The notes beneath the pieces are model-generated. The model saw only the letters and a program-made list of their open reading frames with translations, did no database searches and was not told where the DNA came from. Shown piece by piece: positions 18,642 through 28,861 of a stretch of 64,000 nucleotides of DNA; the first letter of the stretch is position 1; each line of letters starts with the position of its first letter. The position numbers and the translations under genes were made by a program. Source of the DNA: an uncultured Gammaproteobacteria bacterium (GTDB lineage: Bacteria; Patescibacteriota; Microgenomatia; Woykebacterales; RBG-16-39-9b); assembly GCA_964360785.1 (NCBI GenBank), contig CAYHXX010000002.1, positions 28,107 to 92,106 on the forward strand, in the 5' to 3' direction.

Positions 18642-19090
18642 GATTTTTCCACTTTTTCGCTTACTTTAGTAACCTGAACGCGGGCTGGACGCAGTACCTT
18701 ACCTTCAAGGGAGTAACCTTTTTGCAGAACTTCGGTTATCTTGTCGTTCTCTTCACCTTCAACCACTGCGATCGCTTCGTGTAGATTTGGATCAAATTTT
18801 TTATTCTCAGCTTCGATCTCTTTGATATTTTCCGAAGTGAGTAGATCTTTAAATTTTTTGATAACTAGTTCCAAACCCTGATCATTTAAATTTTTCTGGG
18901 CTGCTTCCAGATTGTCAAGAATATCCAAAAACTTTACTACCAGAACGGTATTAGCAAATTTTACGACTGCGTGTCTTTCTTCCTCACTTCGTTTCTTTAA
19001 GTTCGCATAGTCTGCCAAAGCTCTTTTTAGCTGTCCTTCCAACTCTACTGCTTTCAAATCTTTTTCTTTTGCTTTTTTCTCTTTTGCCAT
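18638..19090 (-). CDS. grpE: nucleotide exchange factor GrpE
   Basis: Coiled-coil N-terminus, GrpE C-terminal domain, operon position. Confidence 0.85.
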   Translation of the reverse strand: MAKEKKAKEKDLKAVELEGQLKRALADYANLKKRSEEERHAVVKFANTVLVVKFLDILDNLEAAQKNLNDQGLELVIKKFKDLLTSENIKEIEAENKKFDPNLHEAIAVVEGEENDKITEVLQKGYSLEGKVLRPARVQVTKVSEKVEKS

Positions 19091-19096
19091 AGATTT

Positions 19097-19828
19097 TTAC
19101 CAGTTGCGTGTAAGCTCGGTGAGAAGATCGCCAAAATAGCGTACTGTCGGTACAACTGTGTTGAAACGCATTCTCGAAGGGCCTAGGACTGCAATCACAC
19201 CAGCATTTTTCTTACCTGATCCGAAGGGAGAGTAAACCATTCCGCAATATTCAAAGTAACCTTCACCAAGCTCCTCTCCAAGCAAAATATGGACCGGCTC
19301 ATCGCCAACTGACTTTGCAAAAACTGACTCAAGCGATTCTTGGGTGTCCATCATCTGTAGGACTGCTTTGGTCAGATCAATATCATAAAATTCTGGCATT
19401 TCCAAAATATTGGAAGCACCAGCGTAAAAGATATCCCCATCCTCGCTGTAAGCTATGGCTAGACTACCAGTCTGTGTTGAAAGTTCCCGAGCGGCTTGGC
19501 GCAGCAGCTTGTGAAATTGGAATCTTTGGTCCCAGAGCGATTCTTTGATTGTAACCTCATCTTTGACGGCCAGGTTAGTTTCTTTCATTAAGTTGCTCAC
19601 ATAGAATCTCAAACCAACAGCAGTCGGGATACGACCGGCGCTAGTATGTGGCTGTTTCAGATATCCTGAATTTGTAAGAGCCACCATTTCGTTTCGAACC
19701 GTCGCGGGCGAAACACCCAAACTGTGCTTTTCGACTATATTTTCACTACCGACAGGTTCTGCTGATTCAATATACTCATCGATAATTATTTTTAGTAAAT
19801 TTTTTTGTCGTTCAGATAGTTCCGGCAT
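19097..19828 (-). CDS. hrcA: heat-inducible transcription repressor HrcA. Start taken at the internal Met (MPELSERQKNLLKIIIDEY).
   Basis: Winged-helix N-terminus plus HrcA C-terminal domain. The ORF-track start at 19912 would add an unconserved 28-aa extension overlapping the CIRCE/promoter region. Confidence 0.75.
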   Translation of the reverse strand: MPELSERQKNLLKIIIDEYIESAEPVGSENIVEKHSLGVSPATVRNEMVALTNSGYLKQPHTSAGRIPTAVGLRFYVSNLMKETNLAVKDEVTIKESLWDQRFQFHKLLRQAARELSTQTGSLAIAYSEDGDIFYAGASNILEMPEFYDIDLTKAVLQMMDTQESLESVFAKSVGDEPVHILLGEELGEGYFEYCGMVYSPFGSGKKNAGVIAVLGPSRMRFNTVVPTVRYFGDLLTELTRNW

Positions 19829-19882
19829 AATACTTCTTCCCAAAAACTGAAGCCAATTAAACCTGTTATTTTTAAGTAGCAA

Positions 19883-19911
19883 AACTTTAGCACGAGTGCT
19901 AAAACATGTCA
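19883..19911 (-). promoter_or_regulatory. hrcA promoter (TTGACA-17-TAAAGT on the minus strand) with an embedded CIRCE-like inverted repeat TTAGCAC-GA-GTGCTAA (19886-19901)
   Basis: Perfect 7-bp CIRCE half-sites but a 2-bp spacer instead of the canonical 9. Located between the -35 and -10 elements. Confidence 0.5.
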
Positions 19912-19953
19912 ATATTTATTGAAGCTTTCCTGAGTAGGGTATAATTTTTTAGA

Positions 19954-21570
19954 TTGATGAAACCAACACTTCTTTGGTTCTTTGTTCTGACTATCCTGAT
20001 CTCAATGGGGTTGGGAATCTTCTGCGCTACAGTTAAAGATAGCCCAACTAGCGACGAGCCGCCCCATATCCTTTCCGGATATGTTTTTTTGCGCTATGGT
20101 CACAACTTTATTGATCAGGAGCACCCTTTACTTATCAAAAGTTTAGCCGCAGCTCCTTTGTTATTTCTAGACATCAAGACAAACTTGGCTGACACAAACT
20201 ACACCCAACAGCGCTATATACCACACGTGGGTAATATGTTTGACAATTCAAGGGGTTTCTTGATCTATGATGGCAACAACCCTGACCAAATCCTCTTTTG
20301 GACACGAATCCCAATGATATTGTTAACAATCTCTTTTGGTTTAGTCATCTTCCTACTGACCAGAAAATTGTTTGGTGATCTCTCTTCTTTAGTCGCCACT
20401 TTCTTTTATGCCACCGAGCCGCTTTTTCTGGGCCATGGCTCTCTGGTTAATACTGACATTGCCGCGGCAGGTTTTATCATCACCACTGTCTATGCTCTGG
20501 TTCTTTACGCTGAAAGACAAACTCCAAAACGGCTAGCTTTTTTGGCTCTTGTCTTAGCTGCCACACTACTGAGCAAGTTTTCGACTTTCTATCTTGCCCC
20601 ATTAACAGTTCTGCTGATGCTCTACATTTACAAAACCAAAAAAACTTATTTGTATAACCATATTGCTATTCTGATAGCCGGGGTTTTTACTTGCATCTCA
20701 CTCTTTTATGGTCTAATCGGTTTTCGTGATAATGGTTTTTTGGGGTTTGTACCAACCCGTTATCTGGTAGGTTTAGTATCCTCCGTTGTCTCACTTTCTG
20801 GAAAAGGTAGATACACTTACTTGCTCGGCGAGAGCTACACTGGCTCAAGGCTGTATTACTTTCCAATTTTGATTGCGACCAAAACCCAACTCTTAACTCT
20901 GTTGGGAACGGCCTTAGCGCTAGTTTTGCTTGCTTTCAAAAAGCTTAGATTCAAGAGGGTAGATCTAGTTATTTTCTTTGTTCCCTTTGTCGTTTTTCTA
21001 GGATTAGCTTTGATTGCAAAATTCAATATTGGGATCCGCCATATATCACCAATTTACCCGTTTTTGATAATTCTAGCTGCGGCGGGCATAGCTGGTCTAG
21101 TACATATTGTAAGCAAAAATATGTCCAAAACGATGAAGTTATCCACAATTGGTGTAGTTATTTTTGTTGTATTTAGCTTTAGACTCTATTCAGTAACTTC
21201 AACTTACCCACATTTCTTGAGTTATTACAATATTTTAGCTGGAGGAACGGATAATGGCTGGAAGGTAGCCAATGACAGTAACTACGATTGGGGACAGGAT
21301 ATAAAGCGATTAGAGGAATTTGTCAGAGATAACAAGATAAATTCACTAGCATTTGATAATTACACCGGTAATTACGCTGCCAAAGATTATTACAATCTAC
21401 CAGTCTTTCAATTTTATCCCGACCAGAAAAATTATCAAGGCCACCTAGCGTTATCCACATCAGTAATTACTTTTTATGAAAACAAGCCCGAAAACTACTC
21501 CTGGGTTGTGGATAACTACAAACCCATTGCCCGAGCAGGGAAGAGTATTTTTATCTATAAAATAGAGTAA
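19954..21570 (+). CDS. GT-C fold membrane glycosyltransferase (ArnT/PMT, GT39/GT83-like)
   Basis: Multi-TM protein. First periplasmic loop contains SDEPPH (the DE motif of ArnT/PMT-like enzymes). Confidence 0.55.
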   Translation: MMKPTLLWFFVLTILISMGLGIFCATVKDSPTSDEPPHILSGYVFLRYGHNFIDQEHPLLIKSLAAAPLLFLDIKTNLADTNYTQQRYIPHVGNMFDNSRGFLIYDGNNPDQILFWTRIPMILLTISFGLVIFLLTRKLFGDLSSLVATFFYATEPLFLGHGSLVNTDIAAAGFIITTVYALVLYAERQTPKRLAFLALVLAATLLSKFSTFYLAPLTVLLMLYIYKTKKTYLYNHIAILIAGVFTCISLFYGLIGFRDNGFLGFVPTRYLVGLVSSVVSLSGKGRYTYLLGESYTGSRLYYFPILIATKTQLLTLLGTALALVLLAFKKLRFKRVDLVIFFVPFVVFLGLALIAKFNIGIRHISPIYPFLIILAAAGIAGLVHIVSKNMSKTMKLSTIGVVIFVVFSFRLYSVTSTYPHFLSYYNILAGGTDNGWKVANDSNYDWGQDIKRLEEFVRDNKINSLAFDNYTGNYAAKDYYNLPVFQFYPDQKNYQGHLALSTSVITFYENKPENYSWVVDNYKPIARAGKSIFIYKIE

Positions 21571-21588
21571 AAAAAACTAGCTCGAAAG

Positions 21589-22077
21589 CTAGTTTTGGAG
21601 CAGTTTGAGTATTTTGGGCATGCTTACAATGTACTTATCTGGGTGTTCTTGTACATCTTTTGCGAGTTCTCTCTCTGAAACCCACTTAATCTGTTCAACC
21701 TCTTCTTCTTGCGGTTGAAATTCGTCCAGTGGTTTATCTACCGTAGCTGTAAACCACTGACAGAAGTAGTTTCGTGGTTCAGTTATCCGCATCTTCGATC
21801 CCTGGTTAAAGATCTCTCCAATAAGCCCAATCTCTTCTTCGGCCTCTTTGTATATATTTGTCTCGTAAGTCTCACCTTCATCAACAGTTCCGGAAACAGC
21901 TGGTCCCCATTTACCTGGGTCTTTGTCTTTATTGTGTTTGCGCTGGGCAATAAGTACCTCACCTTGCGAGTTGGTTACCCACAGAGCTGCTACTCTGTAT
22001 ACCTCGTTTTGGTGATCGACATCTGCTCGATCTTTGTGTCCGACTACTTGATCATTCTCGTCAACGATTTGGATCAC
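21589..22077 (-). CDS. NUDIX hydrolase
   Basis: GTVDEGETYETNIYKEAEEEIG Nudix box. Confidence 0.65.
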   Translation of the reverse strand: MIQIVDENDQVVGHKDRADVDHQNEVYRVAALWVTNSQGEVLIAQRKHNKDKDPGKWGPAVSGTVDEGETYETNIYKEAEEEIGLIGEIFNQGSKMRITEPRNYFCQWFTATVDKPLDEFQPQEEEVEQIKWVSERELAKDVQEHPDKYIVSMPKILKLLQN

Positions 22078-22140
22078 CAGACACCTCCTTAACTAGACTA
22101 ACTCCGGTTTTTCCTGTCAGAGCAATTATACTTTATACCT

Positions 22141-22761
22141 TCAACTTATATTAATATCCTTGATTTCCTCAACAGTAAAATCTTCACCTCTAACAGCCAG
22201 TCTTACCTCAGCGCCATTACCAACAGCTCCAGGTAATATTGTTGAATAATTTCCAATTTTCAGGTGTATCAGTATCGCTCGTATAACTGTTTCGTGGGTA
22301 ACTATAAGAACAGTTTTATCCTGATAATTAGTAATAATTTCTTGAAAGAGGGAAAAGACCCGTTCAATAACCTCAGCATCGCTTTCCATTTCGAAACCTT
22401 TGAAATAAAGTTTCTCTTGGTTTGTTAGTCCTACTATAGCCTCGTCTAGCTCTTTCAGTGCTGCTTTTGGTTTGCCTTCGAACTGGCCAAAATCTCGCCC
22501 ACGTAATTTTTCAGAAGTTTTTATTTCTAGCTTTCTCTCTGTTGCAATTATTTCAGCTGTCTTACTAGCTCGTGATAAATCTGACGAGAAAATTGCTTCG
22601 AATCTAATATCCTCTAGCTGTTGGGCTAAACTATATGCTTGCTCTATTCCAGTTTCGTTTAAAGGAACGTCTATGTGACTTTGTGTCACTTTTTTCGTAT
22701 TCCAATCAGTTTCCCCATGCCGGACAATATAAATTGTGCCTTTTTGCTGATTGTCGATCAT
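22141..22761 (-). CDS. histidine phosphatase family protein (phosphoglycerate-mutase-like)
   Basis: IYIVRHGETDWN catalytic RHG motif. Confidence 0.7.
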   Translation of the reverse strand: MIDNQQKGTIYIVRHGETDWNTKKVTQSHIDVPLNETGIEQAYSLAQQLEDIRFEAIFSSDLSRASKTAEIIATERKLEIKTSEKLRGRDFGQFEGKPKAALKELDEAIVGLTNQEKLYFKGFEMESDAEVIERVFSLFQEIITNYQDKTVLIVTHETVIRAILIHLKIGNYSTILPGAVGNGAEVRLAVRGEDFTVEEIKDINIS

Positions 22762-24524
22762 ATCTTTAAAACTGATAAAAACGCTTCTTGGGGGATTTGT
22801 ACTTTGCCAAATTGTTTTAGGCGTTTTTTACCTTTTTTCTGTTTGTCCAACAACTTATTTTTTCTGGTTACATCACCACCATAAAGTTTGGCAGTGACAT
22901 CTTTGCGGAAGGCGGGAACATCGGCTCGGGCAATGATTTTCCCCCCAATCGCTGCTTGGATCGACACTTCAAAATTTTGGCGGGGAAGGACCTCTTTTAA
23001 CTTTTCAACCAATTTGCGGCCAACTTCTTCTGATTTTTTCTTGACCACGATCTGGGAAAGAGCATCAACCACGTCTTTGGCTACCAAAATATCCATCTTT
23101 ACAGCTTCGACCTCTTCCCAACCTGCTAGTTCATAATCAAACGAGGCGTAACCGGAGGAAACTGATTTTAATTTATCGTAAAAATCACTGACAACTTCTG
23201 CCAAGGGGAGAGTAAACTCGATAACTACTTGGGAAGAGATATATCTGATATCCGCAACGGTTGCCCGCCGATTGTTAAGTAGTTCCAGAATCCCACCGAG
23301 ATAATCACTTCGGGAAACAATTGTCGCGGTAATAATTGGTTCCTTCAGGGAACGGATTTCTGATGGATCAGGAAACTTAGTTGGGTTGGAAATTTCAACA
23401 TTCTCACCACTAGTCAACTCTAGTTGGTATTTAACGGTTGGGCTGGAAGCAACCAAGTCTAGGTCATATTCGCGTTCCAATCTTTCCTGCACAACTTCAA
23501 AATGAAGTAGCCCCAAGAAACCACAGCGAAACCCAAAACCCAAAGCTGTGCTGCTATCAGCCTCAAATGTTAACGAGGCATCATTGAGCTTGAGCTTTTC
23601 TAAAGCGTCTTTAAGGCTCGGGAATTTGTCATTATCGGCAGGGTAAAACCCGGCAAAAACCATCGGCCGCACTTCCCGATAACCCGGCAGGGGAGAGCTA
23701 GTCTTTTCCCCTTTCGCTACCACTGTATCCCCTACCCTAACCAAACTCACGTCTTTCAAACCAGTGGCCAAATAGCCGATCTCCCCCTCTTCCAGTACTT
23801 CTTTCTCGACTAGATTGGGCTTGAATACTCCAATTTCAACTAAGTTCCCTTCTCCAGAAGTTCCCAGAAATTTTACCTGTTCTCCTTTGGTGAAGTTACC
23901 ATCAAAAACTCTCACGTAGGCAATCACACCTTTAAATTGATCAAAGCTTGAATCAAAGATCAGGGCGCGCTTTTCCGCTTGCCCTACTCTTGGAGCTGGA
24001 ACTTTCTCAACAATTCTGTCGAGTAGTGCTTCTATATTGGTCCCCTCTTTGGCGGAAATTTTTGTAACGTCATCTGCAGATATATTTAAGATCTCGGTCA
24101 TTTCCGAAATTACTTTTTCGGGATTTGCTGCTGGCATATCGATCTTATTGATAACTGGAATGATTATCAGATTCTGTCTTTGGCTCAAATAAAAATTACT
24201 GAGAGTTTGGGCTTGGACACCTTGGGTCGCGTCAACTAGTAAGACTACCCCCTCAACCGCAGCTAAAGAACGGCTAACTTCGTAGGTAAAGTCAACATGG
24301 CCGGGGGTATCGATCAGGTTAAGTTCGTAACCCTTCCAATTCATTTGTACTGGCTGGAGTTTGATCGTAATCCCCCGCTCACGCTCGATGTCCATCTGGT
24401 CAAGAAGTTGGGCCTTCATTTTTGAGCGCTCGACTGTACCAGTAATCTCGAGCATACGATCAGCCAAAGTAGATTTACCGTGGTCAATATGGGCGGCAAT
24501 AGCGAAATTCCGAATCTTTTGCAT
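22758..24524 (-). CDS. lepA: elongation factor 4 (LepA)
   Basis: IRNFAIAAHIDHGKSTL, DTPGHVDF, LepA C-terminal domain. Confidence 0.9.
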   Translation of the reverse strand: MQKIRNFAIAAHIDHGKSTLADRMLEITGTVERSKMKAQLLDQMDIERERGITIKLQPVQMNWKGYELNLIDTPGHVDFTYEVSRSLAAVEGVVLLVDATQGVQAQTLSNFYLSQRQNLIIIPVINKIDMPAANPEKVISEMTEILNISADDVTKISAKEGTNIEALLDRIVEKVPAPRVGQAEKRALIFDSSFDQFKGVIAYVRVFDGNFTKGEQVKFLGTSGEGNLVEIGVFKPNLVEKEVLEEGEIGYLATGLKDVSLVRVGDTVVAKGEKTSSPLPGYREVRPMVFAGFYPADNDKFPSLKDALEKLKLNDASLTFEADSSTALGFGFRCGFLGLLHFEVVQERLEREYDLDLVASSPTVKYQLELTSGENVEISNPTKFPDPSEIRSLKEPIITATIVSRSDYLGGILELLNNRRATVADIRYISSQVVIEFTLPLAEVVSDFYDKLKSVSSGYASFDYELAGWEEVEAVKMDILVAKDVVDALSQIVVKKKSEEVGRKLVEKLKEVLPRQNFEVSIQAAIGGKIIARADVPAFRKDVTAKLYGGDVTRKNKLLDKQKKGKKRLKQFGKVQIPQEAFLSVLKI

Positions 24525-24549
24525 ATTAGTTTTCTAATAAATTAACCGG

Positions 24550-26244
24550 TTAAGGGCGCGGTGAATTAGGATTGGGGTCAACTGATTCTTCGAAGTTAAG
24601 CACGCGACGCACTTTGCGAAAATCAGGAAACAAACCAAGAAAAATTCTCAGCTCTTCAGATTTCAGCCACCAAGTCAAAATTCCGTAAATAAATAAACCA
24701 GCAGTCGCCACCCCAGTGGTCAGAAATAGCAAATTCAACGCTCTCTTGGTGTCAATTATATAATCAATGACAAACTCACCATTGGGCAACTGAATATGCA
24801 AAGGCACGTATAAGAACACAGCCATTACCAAAGAGGCAGTTACAATCTTTGCAGTCGGATAGAAAATTTGTTTCATTCCAAAATGTCCGAGCTTTCTATC
24901 AAGTAGGAAAAGTAGCGTGATAAAACTAAATATTCCTGAAATTGATGTGGTCAAACCCAAGTAAGCAACTGGAATCTCAAGTTGTTTTGAGTACCCGAGT
25001 ATAAAGAAGCTTCCAATAGTGACATGCACCAACAAACCACCCAAAGCCACTTTTAAGGGTGTCACCGTGTCGTGCATGGCATAGAAAGCTTTAGTAACCA
25101 GCAAAAAACCAGCTTGGGCAAATACTCCGACTGCGAAATAGGACACTGTAGTTGCTGTAGCTACGGTTGCGGCCCAATCAAAAAGCCCACTCCCAAGGAC
25201 CAAACGTACGATCGGAATACGCAAAACAATCAGTATCAAACTTGCCGGTACCGCCAGATAAAGTAGTTGAAAAAGGCTATTAAGAAAGGTTTTCTTAAAA
25301 TCTTCTACTCTCTCAGCTGCCCATTCACCCGACAAAGTCGGTAAAGAAGCTGTAGCCAGGGCAACCCCAAACAAACTGATTGGTAGCATTTGTAAGTCGG
25401 CTGCAAACTCCAAGATCGCGATCGAACCAACTGCCAGAGTTGAGGCTAATATTATATTGACCACAACTTCAAGCTGGCCCACACCCACACCAATTGCCCG
25501 CGGCAGGGAGAGTTTTAGAATCCTCTGGACATCTCTATTTCTAAAACGAAGAACTTGACGATAATTAAAACCAAGCCGTTTTATTGCAATCAGCTGTATG
25601 GTAACGTGACAGACTGCACCAATCACTACTCCTAAACCAACTCCCAAAATCCCAAAACTACGACTCAAGACGACAATCCCAAAGATAATCCCCAAGTTAT
25701 AAACAACTGGTGCAACTGCAGCAATAAGAAAACGATGGTAACTTTGTAGTACTGAGGTAAAGAAACTACCGATTATTAGAAGTAACTCCCCGAAAATAAT
25801 AATTCGCATCAAATCAGCTGCCTGTTGATCGTATGGCGGTGCCAACCGAATATGAAACAGGTGATTTATTTGCATTGGGAAAATAAAAACGATGACTGCA
25901 AAAACCGCGAATATCAGTAAGATAAGATTGAGCACACTGGAGGCAACAATTTCCGCTTCTTCGTTCTTCTTTTTGATCAGATACTCTGTAAAGATTGGGA
26001 TAAAAGCCGCTGATAGCGCTCCTGTTATTAGAATATTGGCGATTAAATCAGGAATCACAAAGGCGGTGTTGAAAGCATCAAGTGGCCCGGAAGCTCCGAA
26101 ATAGCGTGCCAAGAACCAATTTCTGAAAACTCCCAAGATCTTACTTGCCAAGGTTAAGATCATGATGATTACTGCCGCTGAGAGAATGGTGTTTTGTTTA
26201 GCTAGTATCAGGGAGCTGCCTCGAGAAAGAAGTTTATTTACCAT
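24550..26244 (-). CDS. murJ: lipid II flippase MurJ (MviN)
   Basis: 14-TM protein with a typical MurJ N-terminus (SRGSSLILAKQNTILSA...LGVFRNWFLARYFGAS). Confidence 0.8.
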   Translation of the reverse strand: MVNKLLSRGSSLILAKQNTILSAAVIIMILTLASKILGVFRNWFLARYFGASGPLDAFNTAFVIPDLIANILITGALSAAFIPIFTEYLIKKKNEEAEIVASSVLNLILLIFAVFAVIVFIFPMQINHLFHIRLAPPYDQQAADLMRIIIFGELLLIIGSFFTSVLQSYHRFLIAAVAPVVYNLGIIFGIVVLSRSFGILGVGLGVVIGAVCHVTIQLIAIKRLGFNYRQVLRFRNRDVQRILKLSLPRAIGVGVGQLEVVVNIILASTLAVGSIAILEFAADLQMLPISLFGVALATASLPTLSGEWAAERVEDFKKTFLNSLFQLLYLAVPASLILIVLRIPIVRLVLGSGLFDWAATVATATTVSYFAVGVFAQAGFLLVTKAFYAMHDTVTPLKVALGGLLVHVTIGSFFILGYSKQLEIPVAYLGLTTSISGIFSFITLLFLLDRKLGHFGMKQIFYPTAKIVTASLVMAVFLYVPLHIQLPNGEFVIDYIIDTKRALNLLFLTTGVATAGLFIYGILTWWLKSEELRIFLGLFPDFRKVRRVLNFEESVDPNPNSPRP

Positions 26245-26432
26245 GAAGTCTCTGGAAAAAAGTAATTGTTGATATTGGATTCGAGTATAACAACTTCAAT
26301 TGGGTTAAACAATAGCTTCGGCGTTGTTGACTTTGCGGAGCAGCTATGGCTCAGATAGATGCCCTAGCAACGAGCAATGCAAAACCGCAGGTTTGACAAC
26401 GTAAGGTAAACTAAGTAATAGAGAATTTAACT

Positions 26433-26732
26433 ATGCCGATAATTCGTTCAGCTATCAAGAAAATGCGCCAAGACCAGAAAAGAACACTGGCCAACCGTGC
26501 TCAAAAAGAAAACCTTAAAAAGGCGATAAAGCTTGCTGAGACTAAGCCAACAGCCGAAAATGTCAGCAAAGCTTTTAGTGCCCTAGACAAAGCAGTAAAA
26601 GTTCATTTGATTCCAAAAGGTCGGGCCGACCGTAAAAAATCAAGATTACCAAAGGTCTCCGCAACAACTCAGAAAACAAAATTGACTAAAACAGCGCCAA
26701 AAACTACAAAACCCTCTCCAAAAAAAGTATAA
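26433..26732 (+). CDS. rpsT: 30S ribosomal protein S20
   Basis: MPIIRSAIKKMRQDQKRTLANRAQKENLKKAIK. Confidence 0.8.
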   Translation: MPIIRSAIKKMRQDQKRTLANRAQKENLKKAIKLAETKPTAENVSKAFSALDKAVKVHLIPKGRADRKKSRLPKVSATTQKTKLTKTAPKTTKPSPKKV

Positions 26733-26775
26733 GTCAGTTGTACCCCCAATCCAGTTTTGTTATACTAGTTTCCAG

Positions 26776-27384
26776 ATGCCCAAAGCTGCCCAGAAGTCCA
26801 CTGATATCAATATTGATCTTTTGCCCAAATCAACACCTTCCGGAACCACTGGAGAAGCTGTTCACTGGGCACTAACTGTTGGTCGCTACCTCGTAATCTT
26901 TACCGAAGTAGTTGCGCTTGGAGCTTTCCTAGTCGCAATTTGGTTTTCCAAAGAAAAGAATGATCTCAAAACCTCCATCAAACAAAAACAAGCAGAAATA
27001 ACTGTTTATCAAACCTGTGACTCAAAAGATAAGACCAAATTTTGTGAAGATCGTTTTCGCAAAGTACAAGGCCAAATAAACCAAGTAGTTTCTCTTGAAA
27101 ATAGTCAGGTTGAAAACAATAAAGTCCTCAGCGAACTACTAACAATCCTCCCCGTTGGTATAAAACTCGAGGGTTTAGGAATTGAGAAGAACAAACTTAA
27201 CTTTTCCGGAACTCTTCCTTCTGAAACCGAGCTACAAACTTTGATAAAGAGTATTAACAGTTCTACAAAGATTACTGGCTTGGATGTAACTAGTCTGACC
27301 CGAGAAAACAATCTTCTGAAATTCACTGCTTCTGCCTCAATTCAAAGAGGTGTTTTCGCGACAACTGAAAGTGGGGGTAACTAA
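26776..27384 (+). CDS. type IV pilus assembly protein, PilN-like (single N-terminal TM)
   Basis: Bitopic topology and coiled segment typical of PilN. Followed by a PilO-like gene. Confidence 0.4.
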   Translation: MPKAAQKSTDINIDLLPKSTPSGTTGEAVHWALTVGRYLVIFTEVVALGAFLVAIWFSKEKNDLKTSIKQKQAEITVYQTCDSKDKTKFCEDRFRKVQGQINQVVSLENSQVENNKVLSELLTILPVGIKLEGLGIEKNKLNFSGTLPSETELQTLIKSINSSTKITGLDVTSLTRENNLLKFTASASIQRGVFATTESGGN

Positions 27385-27386
27385 AG

Positions 27387-28016
27387 ATGCAATTTTACGA
27401 GCAAGCAATGACGCGCTACAACCAAACAACTGCTGATCCAAAGAAGAAAAACTATTTTGAAATAACTCTCACTTTGATTTTATTGATAATTCTTCTGGTA
27501 ATGATTTACCCAGCAATTACTCACATAATCACCTTAAACAAAGAGATTCAAGCAGGTCGAGTGGTCGACAAAGCCCTTGGAGACAAGATTGTTGCCTTAA
27601 ATCAGGCTCAGGATAATTTTGCTAAGGTAGAGAAGGATCTACCTCTACTTGAACTTGCACTACCTGTTGGTTCTGACCTGGACAAATATGTCCAAAAACC
27701 TATCGAGAGTCTTTCAACAAAGAACAGTCTGACGGTAAAGTCTATCCAATTCAGCGATGTTCCAGTGTCAAAACCAACTACAGAAGATGTCCGCCTTCGC
27801 CAGATGGAGTTTACAATGAGTTTAACTGGAGCTTTTCCAAACCTGCTTGCCTTTGTTAAAGATTTGGAAAGCTTTGTTCGAGTCACAAGTGTGGATACAC
27901 TCCAGCTGAAAGCAAGCGGTGCTGAGCTAGCAATCACTCTTCAAGGTACTACCAATTTTCTCGGAACAGCGGTGACTGCAGCCAAACAAGCAAATCAAAA
28001 GGAGGCAGCCCAATGA
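27387..28016 (+). CDS. type IV pilus assembly protein, PilO-like
   Basis: Single TM plus periplasmic domain. 3-nt gap from the preceding gene. Confidence 0.4.
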   Translation: MQFYEQAMTRYNQTTADPKKKNYFEITLTLILLIILLVMIYPAITHIITLNKEIQAGRVVDKALGDKIVALNQAQDNFAKVEKDLPLLELALPVGSDLDKYVQKPIESLSTKNSLTVKSIQFSDVPVSKPTTEDVRLRQMEFTMSLTGAFPNLLAFVKDLESFVRVTSVDTLQLKASGAELAITLQGTTNFLGTAVTAAKQANQKEAAQ

Positions 28017-28201
28017 GTAAAAACCTAGTTCCAATTCTTACTGCTTTTCTCATTGTTCTGGTACTTTTTATAATCCTGCAGGTCGTACAAATAGCTACTA
28101 AAGATCCTATTCCAGAAGCAACACAGAAACAAATCGAAACGTTAAATCCAAAGTTAGATACGAAAGTATTTGAGGAAATAAAAACTAAATCAGCTAACTA
28201 G
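28013..28201 (+). CDS. small single-TM protein (62 aa), translationally coupled to the PilO-like gene
   Basis: 4-nt overlap with the preceding gene. TM helix ILTAFLIVLVLFIILQVV. Confidence 0.35.
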   Translation: MSKNLVPILTAFLIVLVLFIILQVVQIATKDPIPEATQKQIETLNPKLDTKVFEEIKTKSAN

Positions 28202-28853
28202 CTTTGCTTATACGGCAAAGGTCGATCGTCAGATTTGTTAGAAGCGTCTCTGCCGAGAGTTTACCTTGTTTCAACCATAAATCTGTTTTCAGCAAATAGA
28301 CCAAAGCCGAACGCAATTTTCGAAAGTTCCAATTCTTTGTTTGTTCGGAAACCTTATCTTGCAAAAACTGGCTTCTAGAAATTTCCTGCCTTTCGCCACT
28401 CAAACTTAAAGCCATTAGTCGCATTTGTCTAACCAAGCTACCTATTATCATTTCTTTCTCTCGAGGTTCCCGCAACAGTTCTTTTAACACTGTCAGGGCT
28501 TGTTTTTCTTGTCCATACGCAACTGCGTCGGCAAGCCTAAAACTAGAATTAGTTTCTCTTTGTTTAAAATACCAAACTTTGTCGACCCAAGTCGGGGCAG
28601 TAACAGACTCTGCAAACCACAGGACTACATCAAAATCTAGATTCTTAGGTAGTTCAAAGTCCTTACGAATAGGAAATTTTTCAATTATTACAAGTTTCTT
28701 TTCAGAAAAAAGGCCCTTCCCGCTTGGTAACAATTCAGCTACATTTTTCGCGTTTTTAAAGGAAACTTGATCGAAACCAGAATAATCATTTTTCATCTTC
28801 AATAAAAAGTTTTTCGAAGATACGCTATCTTCGCCGTGGATAAGGTAGATCAT
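28194..28853 (-). CDS. holA: DNA polymerase III delta subunit-like (HolA)
   Basis: MIYLIHGEDSVSSKNFLLKMK N-terminus is typical of HolA. Short (219 aa). Confidence 0.5.
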   Translation of the reverse strand: MIYLIHGEDSVSSKNFLLKMKNDYSGFDQVSFKNAKNVAELLPSGKGLFSEKKLVIIEKFPIRKDFELPKNLDFDVVLWFAESVTAPTWVDKVWYFKQRETNSSFRLADAVAYGQEKQALTVLKELLREPREKEMIIGSLVRQMRLMALSLSGERQEISRSQFLQDKVSEQTKNWNFRKLRSALVYLLKTDLWLKQGKLSAETLLTNLTIDLCRISKAS

Positions 28854-28861
28854 TTATTTTT

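Noticed and set aside
19829-19912. 28-aa N-terminal extension of HrcA; similarly the 16-aa extension of TpiA (30775..30822)
   Set aside because: Extensions are unconserved and overlap the regulatory region or the upstream gene. The internal Met gives canonical N-termini.
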